Sequence record: DRR378314_146
Reading direction: 5' to 3' (one strand)
Length of the DNA stretch: 46,033 bases
The notes under the pieces are model-generated. The model saw only the letters and a list, made by a program, of their open reading frames with translations, was not told the origin of the DNA and searched no databases. Shown here piece after piece: positions 29,386-38,028 of the stretch. Position 1 is the stretch's first letter. Each line of letters begins with the position of its first letter. The translations under genes were made by a program, and so were the position numbers.

Positions 29386-29411
29386 CGGCCCCCGAAAGGG
29401 AGGCCGCATTT
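29386..29411. terminator. Hairpin terminator between convergent gspK and the small lipoprotein gene
   Basis: CGGCCCCC-GAAA-GGGAGGCCG stem-loop with T-rich tail. Confidence 0.6.
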
Positions 29412-29431
29412 CGTTGTTTGTTCTCAACCGT

Positions 29432-29638
29432 TTAGGGGTTGAAGGGTTCTGCTGTCAGGCTGACCGCAATGTCGACGCTTTGCGCATCTACAGGCTCTGC
29501 ATTGCGATCCGCATCAAACATGGCGCGGAAGGCGCTGCCAAGGGTGTCAATACCCGCAACCGCAACAGCGGAACTGCCACAGGCGGCAACAAACAGAACA
29601 CCGGCAAGCACCACAGAGGATTTTGATTTCAGTCTCAT
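29432..29638 (-). CDS. Small predicted lipoprotein (68 aa), unknown function
   Basis: AAGGAG RBS, basic n-region, lipobox VAA|C; starts 12 bp after the DUF4331 stop. Confidence 0.8.
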   Translation of the reverse strand: MRLKSKSSVVLAGVLFVAACGSSAVAVAGIDTLGSAFRAMFDADRNAEPVDAQSVDIAVSLTAEPFNP

Positions 29639-29650
29639 ATCAACTCCTTC

Positions 29651-31213
29651 TTAGTTGGTTGCGCCGGGCAGAGGTGTGTTCAGGTAGGGGAACACATTCT
29701 GCAATTCAGCCGCCGAAATCGGCGCACCATCAATGAACGGCGCGTTGCCCACGGGCGCATCTTCCGGGGCGCAAAGACCCAGATTGATCATGTCGCTGTC
29801 GGTATCTTCCACCGCCCCTTCAATGCCCAGTTCAGCACCCAGTGGCAGCGGGTGACACAAGGCCCCCATCACAACACGCAGCGCAATATCAACGGTATCA
29901 TCCCCCGGACGGCGCCCATTTGGAAAACCAGCAAGATCTTCGGCAACAACGCCAAAGGCACTTTGATCCGCGCGGGCGGTGGCCGGAATGGCCGTGTTCA
30001 GGCGCATCATTTCAGACGCCGTGACTGTGGCCTGCTGGTTCACCCCCGGAAAGCCGGTCAGGAAAGCGGTCACAAGGTCGGTCCGCGGCAGGTTCGATGG
30101 CGCAATATTCGAGGTCGCCCCAAGTGGTTCGCGGAACAGGATGTCGATCAAGGCCGGCAATGTCGGGTTGGTCACATAGGTGGCCAAAGCGCCGTCCTGT
30201 GTTGGCTCTGCCGCGTTGAACAGATCCTTATCCGGCAGGCCGATCACAACTTCATTCACCAGCGGTGCTGACAAACGCGATTGCTGTACATAGGCACCAC
30301 CATAGACGGATGTTGCCGCATAGGTTGGTGACGGATCTTCGACATTCCCCTGTGGCAGGCTTGCCGTGGTCCAGGCACCAATCACGCCGTTTCCTTCACC
30401 GGTCACACAGCTGATAGGCACTTCAAGCGCCAGCGAGGTGACATTGAATCTGTCAACCAGATCATCATTTGCACGGTCGTTGGTGATAGACCCTTCCAGC
30501 GGCACAAGGTTCACAAGGTCAAACACCTCTCCAAGGTTCACGGCAAAGGCTTCTGCGCGCTGCCCGACAAAGACCTTGCCCGGCATTTCACACCCTGGGA
30601 TCGAGATGGTCTGGATCTTCGCATTGGCATAGGCTTCGTAATCAGGGATCGTCTTTTCACCAATGTTATCAATCGGCTTGCTGAAAGACGTCTCACCACC
30701 AGTGCCAGTCACCGGCGTCGCTGTGCCAGAGCGACGATCGCCCGCAATATGCGTCACGGTGTAGCTTTCGATTTCATTCAAAGGATCACTGGCAGCACCT
30801 GTCAACGGGCCCGCGGTGCGCAAAGGAATGGCAACCGTGGCGTCCCCGATTTGCAAGGCAATACCGCCCCCATCATTGGCAAGCTCGTTTTTGAAATCAA
30901 ACTGAAAGGTGACATCCTCAACTGCGTCACCGTCGTTGTCGATATGAATTTCATAGATCGCATCAGGATCCATCGTGAAATAGTTCGGCCCGCCATATGG
31001 GGCCTGCAAAGGAATGTAGTTGGCAATGAAGGTCACGTAATCCTCACGCCCCGGTTCGTAACTGCGGAACATGTAAAAATCTGACGCATCGACTTTCGGC
31101 TGTTCGGTAATCCCCGGCGCTTCGCGGTGCGAGGATGCTGTTGCTGCCGAAGCAACAAGAGCGGCCGCGCTGACCGTCATTGCAAATTTTGCAGCATTAT
31201 TCTTAAATCGCAT
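29651..31213 (-). CDS. Secreted DUF4331-family protein
   Basis: Sec signal then SSHREAP, DFYMFRSYE, YEIHIDNDGD, VFVGQR, NV-x-SLALEVP, PLVNEV, GFPNGRRPGDD; CAGGAG RBS before ATG 31213. Confidence 0.88.
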   Translation of the reverse strand: MRFKNNAAKFAMTVSAAALVASAATASSHREAPGITEQPKVDASDFYMFRSYEPGREDYVTFIANYIPLQAPYGGPNYFTMDPDAIYEIHIDNDGDAVEDVTFQFDFKNELANDGGGIALQIGDATVAIPLRTAGPLTGAASDPLNEIESYTVTHIAGDRRSGTATPVTGTGGETSFSKPIDNIGEKTIPDYEAYANAKIQTISIPGCEMPGKVFVGQRAEAFAVNLGEVFDLVNLVPLEGSITNDRANDDLVDRFNVTSLALEVPISCVTGEGNGVIGAWTTASLPQGNVEDPSPTYAATSVYGGAYVQQSRLSAPLVNEVVIGLPDKDLFNAAEPTQDGALATYVTNPTLPALIDILFREPLGATSNIAPSNLPRTDLVTAFLTGFPGVNQQATVTASEMMRLNTAIPATARADQSAFGVVAEDLAGFPNGRRPGDDTVDIALRVVMGALCHPLPLGAELGIEGAVEDTDSDMINLGLCAPEDAPVGNAPFIDGAPISAAELQNVFPYLNTPLPGATN

Positions 31214-31292
31214 CTGTCTCTCCTGATTGGACGGCATCGCATTTGATTCACGGGATACCATTTTGTAGATTTTTTATTATCTGTATGAGGAG

Positions 31293-31320
31293 ATACGGGA
31301 TGGCTGACAGTTTAGTTTCA
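31293..31320 (-). promoter_or_regulatory. Candidate ECF-sigma promoter for the DUF4331 operon (TGAAAC-N17-CGTA)
   Basis: Minus strand reads TGAAACT-aaactgtcagccatc-CCGTAT, about 80 bp before the start codon. Confidence 0.55.
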
Positions 31321-31358
31321 GGCAAGGCTGGCAGTTTCGACAGCCTCTGGTCAACGCG

Positions 31359-31808
31359 TTGTTAAGCTTGATTTATATTCAAGCAATAGTTTTGACCTTC
31401 GTTCTGGCGCGGCTCTCTTGGATTGATCTTCGGACATTTCGCCTGCCGGATGTTTATACTTTGCCATTGATCTTGGCGGGGCTGATCCTCGCAACAGGGG
31501 ACAAGGGGGTCGGACTGCCCGCGTCCCTGCTCGGCTGCCTGCTGGGCTTTGCACTATTCTGGGCTGTAGGGCAGTATTACTTCTGGCGCACGGGGCAGGA
31601 AGGATTGGGGCTGGGCGACGCCAAGCTTTTTGCCGCAAGTGGTGCATGGCTCGGCCCGGAAGCTTTACCTTATGTATTGCTGATCGCGGCACTGGGGGGG
31701 CTGGTGTTTTTACGGATGCGCAAAAACGCTGTCAGGCGGGAAATCGCATTCGGTCCCTGGCTGGCACTTGGATTCTGGCTGGTCTGGATCGCTGAACACT
31801 TTGCCTAA
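31359..31808 (+). CDS. gspO: Prepilin peptidase, A24 family, short form
   Basis: Catalytic WID...LPD and GLGLGDAKL, IAFGPWL; no N-terminal tetracysteine domain. Confidence 0.85.
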   Translation: MLSLIYIQAIVLTFVLARLSWIDLRTFRLPDVYTLPLILAGLILATGDKGVGLPASLLGCLLGFALFWAVGQYYFWRTGQEGLGLGDAKLFAASGAWLGPEALPYVLLIAALGGLVFLRMRKNAVRREIAFGPWLALGFWLVWIAEHFA

Positions 31809-31834
31809 GCTCAGAAGACATCAATCCTACAAGA

Positions 31835-32779
31835 TCAACCGCTGGCCGCATCCATTTCCAGACGCTTCTGAAGCAGTTGGCGCGCGCGGTCAAAGGTCGG
31901 CTTGACGCGTTTGGTCTTGCTTGCATTTGGACGAAAAGGACGGCCCAATACGACGGCGACAGGGCACCCCAAACTCGCCTTTTTCAACGAGGGCGATGCC
32001 GCCAGAATTGTCTTGATCGTAGGTTCCAACCCAAGCCATTCGTCCTGAATACTACAGGCTGCAATCAAAATGAATGTGCCGGATCCGACATAGCTGCCCA
32101 GCAATCGGGTGTTGTCGGCTGCGGCTGAAATACTGTTCCAGACCTCCGACAATACAGTGGCAAGCTCCTGCTCTGTGCAGCTTCGGTACAGGGCATCAAA
32201 CGACTGAATTTGCCCCGCAAAAACAGAGGTTTCATCAACCCGGTAGCGTTCCATGGTCGACAGGTAATTGCCCAGTGAAAACACATCGGTATGTTGTTTG
32301 ACACCGCGCAGGCAAACGGCATCCTCAAGAGCAAAACAATGCTGCCCTTCCGGCCCATCCAGTTTGGATTGCAACGCGTTGATATCCAGCGTGATCCGGT
32401 TTTCTGCCATCATACGTTCGGCAATCTGCAACCTTATGCCAATGCCTTTTATGTCAAATGGTTTGGTGATGTAGTCATTCGCACCTGCCCCGAACGCGCT
32501 TTCGATGGAGCGGCTATCGGAATGCGCAGTCAGCATGATGATCGGCGTGTCCGCATAATAACGCAGTTTGCGGATCTCGCGGCACAGAACAACGCCATCC
32601 ATACCCGGCATCGCAATATCCAGCACCAAGACATCAAACCCGCTGTCGTCCCGCACAAGAATATCAAGTGCCGCAGGACCAGAGCCCGCAACAACAACTT
32701 CGTCGTGGCCTTCTTGCTTCAGGATAACCTTCAGCAAATCTAAAACAACTGGGTCGTCATCTACAGCGAGAATTCTCAT
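31835..32779 (-). CDS. Response regulator: REC plus degenerate GGDEF-like output
   Basis: ILAVDDD, LDIAMP, MLTA, ITKPF; C-terminal SYVGSGTF. Confidence 0.85.
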   Translation of the reverse strand: MRILAVDDDPVVLDLLKVILKQEGHDEVVVAGSGPAALDILVRDDSGFDVLVLDIAMPGMDGVVLCREIRKLRYYADTPIIMLTAHSDSRSIESAFGAGANDYITKPFDIKGIGIRLQIAERMMAENRITLDINALQSKLDGPEGQHCFALEDAVCLRGVKQHTDVFSLGNYLSTMERYRVDETSVFAGQIQSFDALYRSCTEQELATVLSEVWNSISAAADNTRLLGSYVGSGTFILIAACSIQDEWLGLEPTIKTILAASPSLKKASLGCPVAVVLGRPFRPNASKTKRVKPTFDRARQLLQKRLEMDAASG

Positions 32780-33022
32780 CTTGTTTCCTTGCGAACCATA
32801 AGTTGAATTCAGTGGTGCCTCACAATCTGGACAAATTTGTGAAAAGACTTGGCCAATTTTGAGAGATTCAGCGGGTTTAAGGCGGTTATGTGAAATTCTA
32901 TCTGAAGTTGTCTTAATGTTGTCACAACCTCGTCATTGATTTGCCGGGGATGAGTGGTTTCTTGCTTCGGTAAACATAGGCGCTCAATTTCATGCGCCGC
33001 TCTTGAATAGGAAACGACAACC

Positions 33023-33988
33023 ATGCGTATTTTGGTAGTAGATGATGATCCGGTAATCCTTGATCTCCTTGCCGATTGTTTGACCGAGGAACTTGGTTAT
33101 CATCTTCACATGTATGATTCAGCGGAAAGTGGTCTGGAGGCGTTGCATACGTCACAAGAGCCATTTGACTGTATCTTGCTGGACATCATGCTGCCCGGAA
33201 TGGATGGCATTCAGATGTGTGAGCTGCTGCGCCAGACAACACAATGTTGTTCAACACCGATCCTGATGATCACCGCCAGCAACGAAGTCGGGCTGATGGC
33301 ACGGGCCTTTGAGGCGGGTGCGACCGATTTCATCAATAAGCCGTTGAAGCCGGTGGAATTGACCGGGCGTGTTGTGATGGCCGGCCTGCTGAACCGCAGC
33401 CTTGCCAAGGCACAACACACAATGAGCGCGCTGAGTGATTCATTGAAACTGCGGTTCGAAGAGCCGCTGGACCTTGAGGTTCCCGGGATGACCAGCATCC
33501 TTGCTCATGAGAACCTGTTGCTGCGTTGCAATGCAAACTGCTTTGTAATGACCATGTTTACGCTGAACGTATCAGGGCTGCGCGGCATTTATCGGACTGT
33601 CAGGTCCCCTGCCTTCCGCCAGTGTCTGGAAACGATTGGGACTGCAGCCATTGAAACCCTGGGCCAGCACAATGTGAACCTGTCCTACATTGGCAATGGC
33701 CGTTTCTTTGGCACCGTCATGGACCGCAAGCGTCTGGATCAGGACAAACTAAACGAGGAACTTGAGGCAAATCTGTTGGCCACATGGGATTTCACCCAGA
33801 CCGGTGTACCGGTTCCGCCGACATGTACCTTTTCACAGGTTTCTCCCCAGCGCATGTGGTCAAATCTATCCGCCAGTGACAAACTGCGCGATTGTATCAA
33901 CGTCGAGGCCGGTGGAAACCATCTGACCTCCAGCGAAGAGAATGACCTTTTTGCCCGGCTGAACAACAAGCTGGCACAGGAAGGTTGA
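33023..33988 (+). CDS. Response regulator: REC plus degenerate GGDEF-like output
   Basis: ILVVDDD, LDIMLP, MITA, INKP; C-terminal SYIGNGRF. Confidence 0.85.
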   Translation: MRILVVDDDPVILDLLADCLTEELGYHLHMYDSAESGLEALHTSQEPFDCILLDIMLPGMDGIQMCELLRQTTQCCSTPILMITASNEVGLMARAFEAGATDFINKPLKPVELTGRVVMAGLLNRSLAKAQHTMSALSDSLKLRFEEPLDLEVPGMTSILAHENLLLRCNANCFVMTMFTLNVSGLRGIYRTVRSPAFRQCLETIGTAAIETLGQHNVNLSYIGNGRFFGTVMDRKRLDQDKLNEELEANLLATWDFTQTGVPVPPTCTFSQVSPQRMWSNLSASDKLRDCINVEAGGNHLTSSEENDLFARLNNKLAQEG

Positions 33989-34141
33989 ACCGTTGTCTGT
34001 TGAGAAACTTGCAACAAAACCCATCTTTTTCAAGTATTGTCTCAATGCGCCCAAATTTGGCCATCTTTCCACTCCAAATTGAAAACGAGAAAGATAATCC
34101 TGACATCGCTTTTTCGGCGTAAGCAGGGAACGGAGAAGAAG

Positions 34142-35131
34142 ATGAAAATCCTAGCGGTCGATGATGATCCTATTATTCTTGAACTGCTTGTTCAGTTTGC
34201 GGAGCTGATTGGTGAACACGAGCTGACAACTGCCTTGTCCGGCCCAGAGGCGCTTGACCTATTGAACTCCTCCGAAGCAGAGGCGTTTGATTGTTTTCTC
34301 TTTGATATCCAAATGCCCGAGATGGACGGGATCGCACTGACCAAAAGCGTGCGTTCCCTGCCATCTTATGCCGACACGCCGATTCTGATGCTGACCGCAA
34401 TGTCGGACAAACGTTATGTCGATGCGGCATTTTCTGCCGGGGCCACCGACTATATCACCAAACCTTTCGAAGTGCCTGAATTGCGGGCACGTCTGGGTCT
34501 AGTCGAGGGCCTGGTCGAAGCACGCCAATCGCGCACCCGCAAGATTTTCGCAACCCAGAATATCTCGGCCCCATCACAGCCGGACGCGCCGGACAACGCT
34601 ATTGAATTGCATGAACCCATTTCGATTTATGATGTGGACAATGTGATCGAATATATGGCGATGCAAAACTATGTTGCACAGCTTTCCCGTGGGGCCCTGT
34701 TCGGATCTACGACATTTGCGTTCACGATCCGCAAGATCGAAGAACACCATCAATCCATGTCTCCCTTCGAGTTCTACAGCCTGGTGTCTGACGTCGCAGA
34801 AGTGATCTCTGACACATTGGCCGGCCATCAGTTTCTGATGTCCTACGCGGGCAGCGGGACATTTGTTTGCGTCACCGAAAGCGGCTGGCGCCCCAAAATG
34901 TCCGCCTTGATGGATGCTGTAAACTTGGCACTGTCGCGCACAGAGTTATACGATAATTCAGCACGGAAACTTTATGTCCGTGTCAGCGCAGGTGAAGCGA
35001 TCCGCTTGATCTGGAAGTCGGCTGGCTCCGTGATGGAAGCTGTTGCCGCCGCACATACTTCAGCAGAAGCTGCCAGTGAAGCACACGAGCGGTCCTTGAC
35101 CGACTTTTGGTCCGTGGAGCAACGAGCATGA
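34142..35131 (+). CDS. Response regulator: REC plus degenerate GGDEF-like output
   Basis: ILAVDDD, FDIQMP, MLTA, ITKPF; C-terminal SYAGSGTF; GGAG RBS. Confidence 0.85.
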   Translation: MKILAVDDDPIILELLVQFAELIGEHELTTALSGPEALDLLNSSEAEAFDCFLFDIQMPEMDGIALTKSVRSLPSYADTPILMLTAMSDKRYVDAAFSAGATDYITKPFEVPELRARLGLVEGLVEARQSRTRKIFATQNISAPSQPDAPDNAIELHEPISIYDVDNVIEYMAMQNYVAQLSRGALFGSTTFAFTIRKIEEHHQSMSPFEFYSLVSDVAEVISDTLAGHQFLMSYAGSGTFVCVTESGWRPKMSALMDAVNLALSRTELYDNSARKLYVRVSAGEAIRLIWKSAGSVMEAVAAAHTSAEAASEAHERSLTDFWSVEQRA

Positions 35132-35472
35132 AAGACATGGTAGACTCATTACCTGGCATCGAGCGCATCAAACAACGTTTCCTGAGTTTACTTCAGGAGC
35201 GGCAAACCACCATTGCCCATCACGTACTTACCGCATGGGACAGTACCGACCCCACAGAGGCCGCGGGCGAGCTTGAGGCCGCGCAGGGCATTCTGCATCA
35301 GATTGCTGGCAGCGCAGGGTCTTTGGGGTTCCATGATTTGGGTCAGATGGCCCGCGATAGCGAAAACGCGATCATTGCCTATCTTAAGGACCCGTCAGCC
35401 AAGCTCATCGACGTTATGTCCCTGATTGATAGTTTTGTCGCCAAGGGCCAGACCCTGATCGCAGAACATTAA
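35128..35472 (+). CDS. Stand-alone Hpt phosphotransfer protein
   Basis: LHQIAGSAGSLGF-x-x-LG-x-x-A Hpt motif; ATGA coupling to the upstream regulator. Confidence 0.88.
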   Translation: MKDMVDSLPGIERIKQRFLSLLQERQTTIAHHVLTAWDSTDPTEAAGELEAAQGILHQIAGSAGSLGFHDLGQMARDSENAIIAYLKDPSAKLIDVMSLIDSFVAKGQTLIAEH

Positions 35473-35823
35473 CGGCTGAGACGGTGCCGCGCAGTGGCGC
35501 GGTGCCGATACCTTCCCATTCATCTGATAGATTTCATTAAGTCAGGAGTGCTGGCCGCAATGTCAGGATTCATTGGTCCTGCGCGGGCCCCAGTTTTGCG
35601 AGGCCATCCGCCACCCAATATCTGCATTGTCAGGGTTTGTGGGTAAGGAAAAGGCAATGCCAAACGGCCCAAACGGCGAGGACAACAGACCCCGCCATTT
35701 AGGCCATGAGACAGGATTTCATTGGAATTGGCTGTGCCTGCGCCGGAAGTCTAACAAGACAAAGCGATGCCTCTTGTACCAGACCGACAAATTGCCGGAC
35801 CACGTTCAAGGGGCGCGCAGAAC

Positions 35824-36213
35824 CTATGCGGCGATGGTCATGCCCGCCTTTTGCATTGCCGCCTTGATCTGATCCCCGAGGGAGATTGGATCAAAGGGTT
35901 TGCTGATCACATCTGCCGCACCGATCTGCAACAGCTCGTCAATCTCGGCATGTTGCGCGCGTGCAGTCATAAAAATAGCCGGTACATTTGCGAACTCCGG
36001 CTTTTCACGCATCTTTTCCAAAGTCTGACGGCCTGTCATACCGGGCATCATCATATCCAGCAACACGATGTCAGGTGTGTAGTTTTCGACATAGGCCAAA
36101 GCCGCCTCACCCGTTTCGCATTGTACCACATCAAACTCACCAGAAAGGCTTAGCGCCATCTCGGCAATTTCGCGAATGTCGGCATCGTCTTCTACATGTA
36201 AAAGTTTGATCAT
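35824..36213 (-). CDS. Single-domain response regulator
   Basis: LLHVEDD, LLDMMMP, FMTA, ISKPFD. Confidence 0.9.
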   Translation of the reverse strand: MIKLLHVEDDADIREIAEMALSLSGEFDVVQCETGEAALAYVENYTPDIVLLDMMMPGMTGRQTLEKMREKPEFANVPAIFMTARAQHAEIDELLQIGAADVISKPFDPISLGDQIKAAMQKAGMTIAA

Positions 36214-36226
36214 CTTAGGTCTCCGA

Positions 36227-37885
36227 TCATGCAATGCGTTTGACGTCGATCTCATCAATCGCGTTAGAGCTTGGCTCCGATTTAGGCAGGTTAAAGTAGA
36301 ATGTCGTGCCAACACCTTCTTGGGTGTCAAAGCCGATTGTACCGCCAAGGTTTTCAACAATAGCTTTACAAATGCTTAACCCCAGACCAGTGCCGCCTTT
36401 CGCCGCACGATCAGAGTTGGTCATATCTGCAAAACGATCAAAGATCTTGCCTTGTTCGGACAGTGGAATCCCCTGCCCTTCGTCCTTGACCGAAATGCAG
36501 ACATGTTCGCCGACATCTTTAATATCAAGGATGATACAGCCGTTAGGCGGTGAGAACTTATAGGCGTTTGACATCAGGTTGGTCAAAACCTGGATAAATC
36601 GGTTTGGGTCCGTCTTCAGAAGCACCGGTTCATCCGCGCCGGTTATCTTTACATCAACGCCGAAACGCTGTTGCAACATGGCGTTGGCCCTGTCTGCCTC
36701 ATGCAGAAGCTCGACCAGATCAACATCCCGAATTTCGAAATCCATTTGACCATTCGAGATTTTGTCGAGATCCAGAATATCGTTGATGATCAAAATCAGA
36801 CGGTCCGCATTGCGGTGCGCAATCTCAAGCAGAGCAGACGCCTTGTCCGGCAATTCGCCTGCGGAGCCTGACAAAAGCAACCCCATCGCGCCCTTGATCG
36901 ATGTCAGAGGCGAACGCAACTCATGGCTGACCGTAGAGATAAATGCAGACTTCCGCTGTTCCTGTTCCAGACGGTGCGAAATATCGGTTGATACGATCAG
37001 ATAGCGGCCGGCACCCCGTGGGCCCGGCAGAAACTTGATGCTGATATACATCGGTGTATCGACCAGCACAGATTCAAACTGGGTCGTCACCTCGCCTTTT
37101 TCCCGCAGGGCACGGCAAGCTTTCAAGACCGCTTCAATCTCATGGGCGAGGCTGAAATCAGTCGAGCTTTTCCCAAGATACTCCTCGTTGGCCATCAGCA
37201 AGCGCTTTTTCGCTGGGCCGTTCAGATAACTGAACTCCTCGGTCTGGGCATCAACAATCCAGATATCATCGCGCAGCTCATTCAGGGTTTGCGCCGAATG
37301 ACGTTCCGCCAGCAACGCGCTTGTTTCGGTCACGTCAGTGCGTGCCGAAATCGAACCCGTCCAGGTTCCGTCTGCATCGAACAATGGAATAACTGTCGCC
37401 TGGGTAACTAGAGTACGACCGTCCTTGCGGCGCAATTGCGTTTCACCTTGCCAGGTCAACCCGCGCTGCAGGTTGCCGCGAATTAAATCCGTTACCGATC
37501 GGGCCTCATCGTCATACAATACTCTGACATGCTGGCCGATCAGTTCTTCTCTGGAGTATCCTGTCAACTTAAGCAGATGATCATTGACCTCGGTAAGCAG
37601 GCTGTCACTGTCGACGATGTTTATTCCAGCATGCTGGTCGAGTGCTTGCAGCTGTTTCAACATCGACTCGCCGGGTCGGGGTTTATTTTTGGCATTCTGC
37701 CCTGAATTTCTAGCGGCCAGTATCGCCGGTAAGAAACCCGCTATCGCAATGGCACCGGCAGCAGGCACAATATTGCCTGCGGCACCGGAAAGTAGGCCCG
37801 AAGCGGCACCATACCATCCAGCTGCCAATCCGCAGCCGAGGGCCGCAGTAATTGCGGTGTCGCTTTTCAGTTTAACCGATAGCAC
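36227..37885 (-). CDS. Membrane-anchored PAS-PAS sensor histidine kinase
   Basis: Two N-terminal hydrophobic segments, PAS (TGYSREELIG...RRKDG), H-box VSHELRSPL, N box NLMSNA-x-K, D-x-G-x-G, GGTGLGL; start inferred at GTG 37885. Confidence 0.9.
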   Translation of the reverse strand: MLSVKLKSDTAITAALGCGLAAGWYGAASGLLSGAAGNIVPAAGAIAIAGFLPAILAARNSGQNAKNKPRPGESMLKQLQALDQHAGINIVDSDSLLTEVNDHLLKLTGYSREELIGQHVRVLYDDEARSVTDLIRGNLQRGLTWQGETQLRRKDGRTLVTQATVIPLFDADGTWTGSISARTDVTETSALLAERHSAQTLNELRDDIWIVDAQTEEFSYLNGPAKKRLLMANEEYLGKSSTDFSLAHEIEAVLKACRALREKGEVTTQFESVLVDTPMYISIKFLPGPRGAGRYLIVSTDISHRLEQEQRKSAFISTVSHELRSPLTSIKGAMGLLLSGSAGELPDKASALLEIAHRNADRLILIINDILDLDKISNGQMDFEIRDVDLVELLHEADRANAMLQQRFGVDVKITGADEPVLLKTDPNRFIQVLTNLMSNAYKFSPPNGCIILDIKDVGEHVCISVKDEGQGIPLSEQGKIFDRFADMTNSDRAAKGGTGLGLSICKAIVENLGGTIGFDTQEGVGTTFYFNLPKSEPSSNAIDEIDVKRIA

Positions 37886-38028
37886 AGTTTCACCTTCGCC
37901 TTTCCGACCAAAGCCCCGCAAAATATAGCGAGGCAAGTCAATTTTATTCAATTCAAAAACATCATGAGCTGTAAAGCGGGCATAAATGTGGCATATCTCG
38001 CCAAAAATGAAATTTTGTTTTGTCGAGC

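Noticed and set aside
17662-31808. Type IV pilus, Tad or competence system instead of T2SS
   Set aside because: GspC, L, M, K and the GspG C-terminal signature are T2SS-specific; no PilT, PilM or Flp/Tad genes.
32780-33022. CtrA boxes (TTAA-N7-TTAA) in the divergent regulator promoter
   Set aside because: Only isolated TTAA half-sites with wrong spacing.
31835-35131. Calling the three regulators PleD-like active diguanylate cyclases
   Set aside because: No GG(D/E)EF, no DxDxFK and no RxxD at the expected positions.
37865-37892. Further TGAAACT copies (here on the minus strand, also near 693, 6095 and 33444)
   Set aside because: No CCGT at the 15-nt spacing, and they lie in coding sequence or at a start codon.
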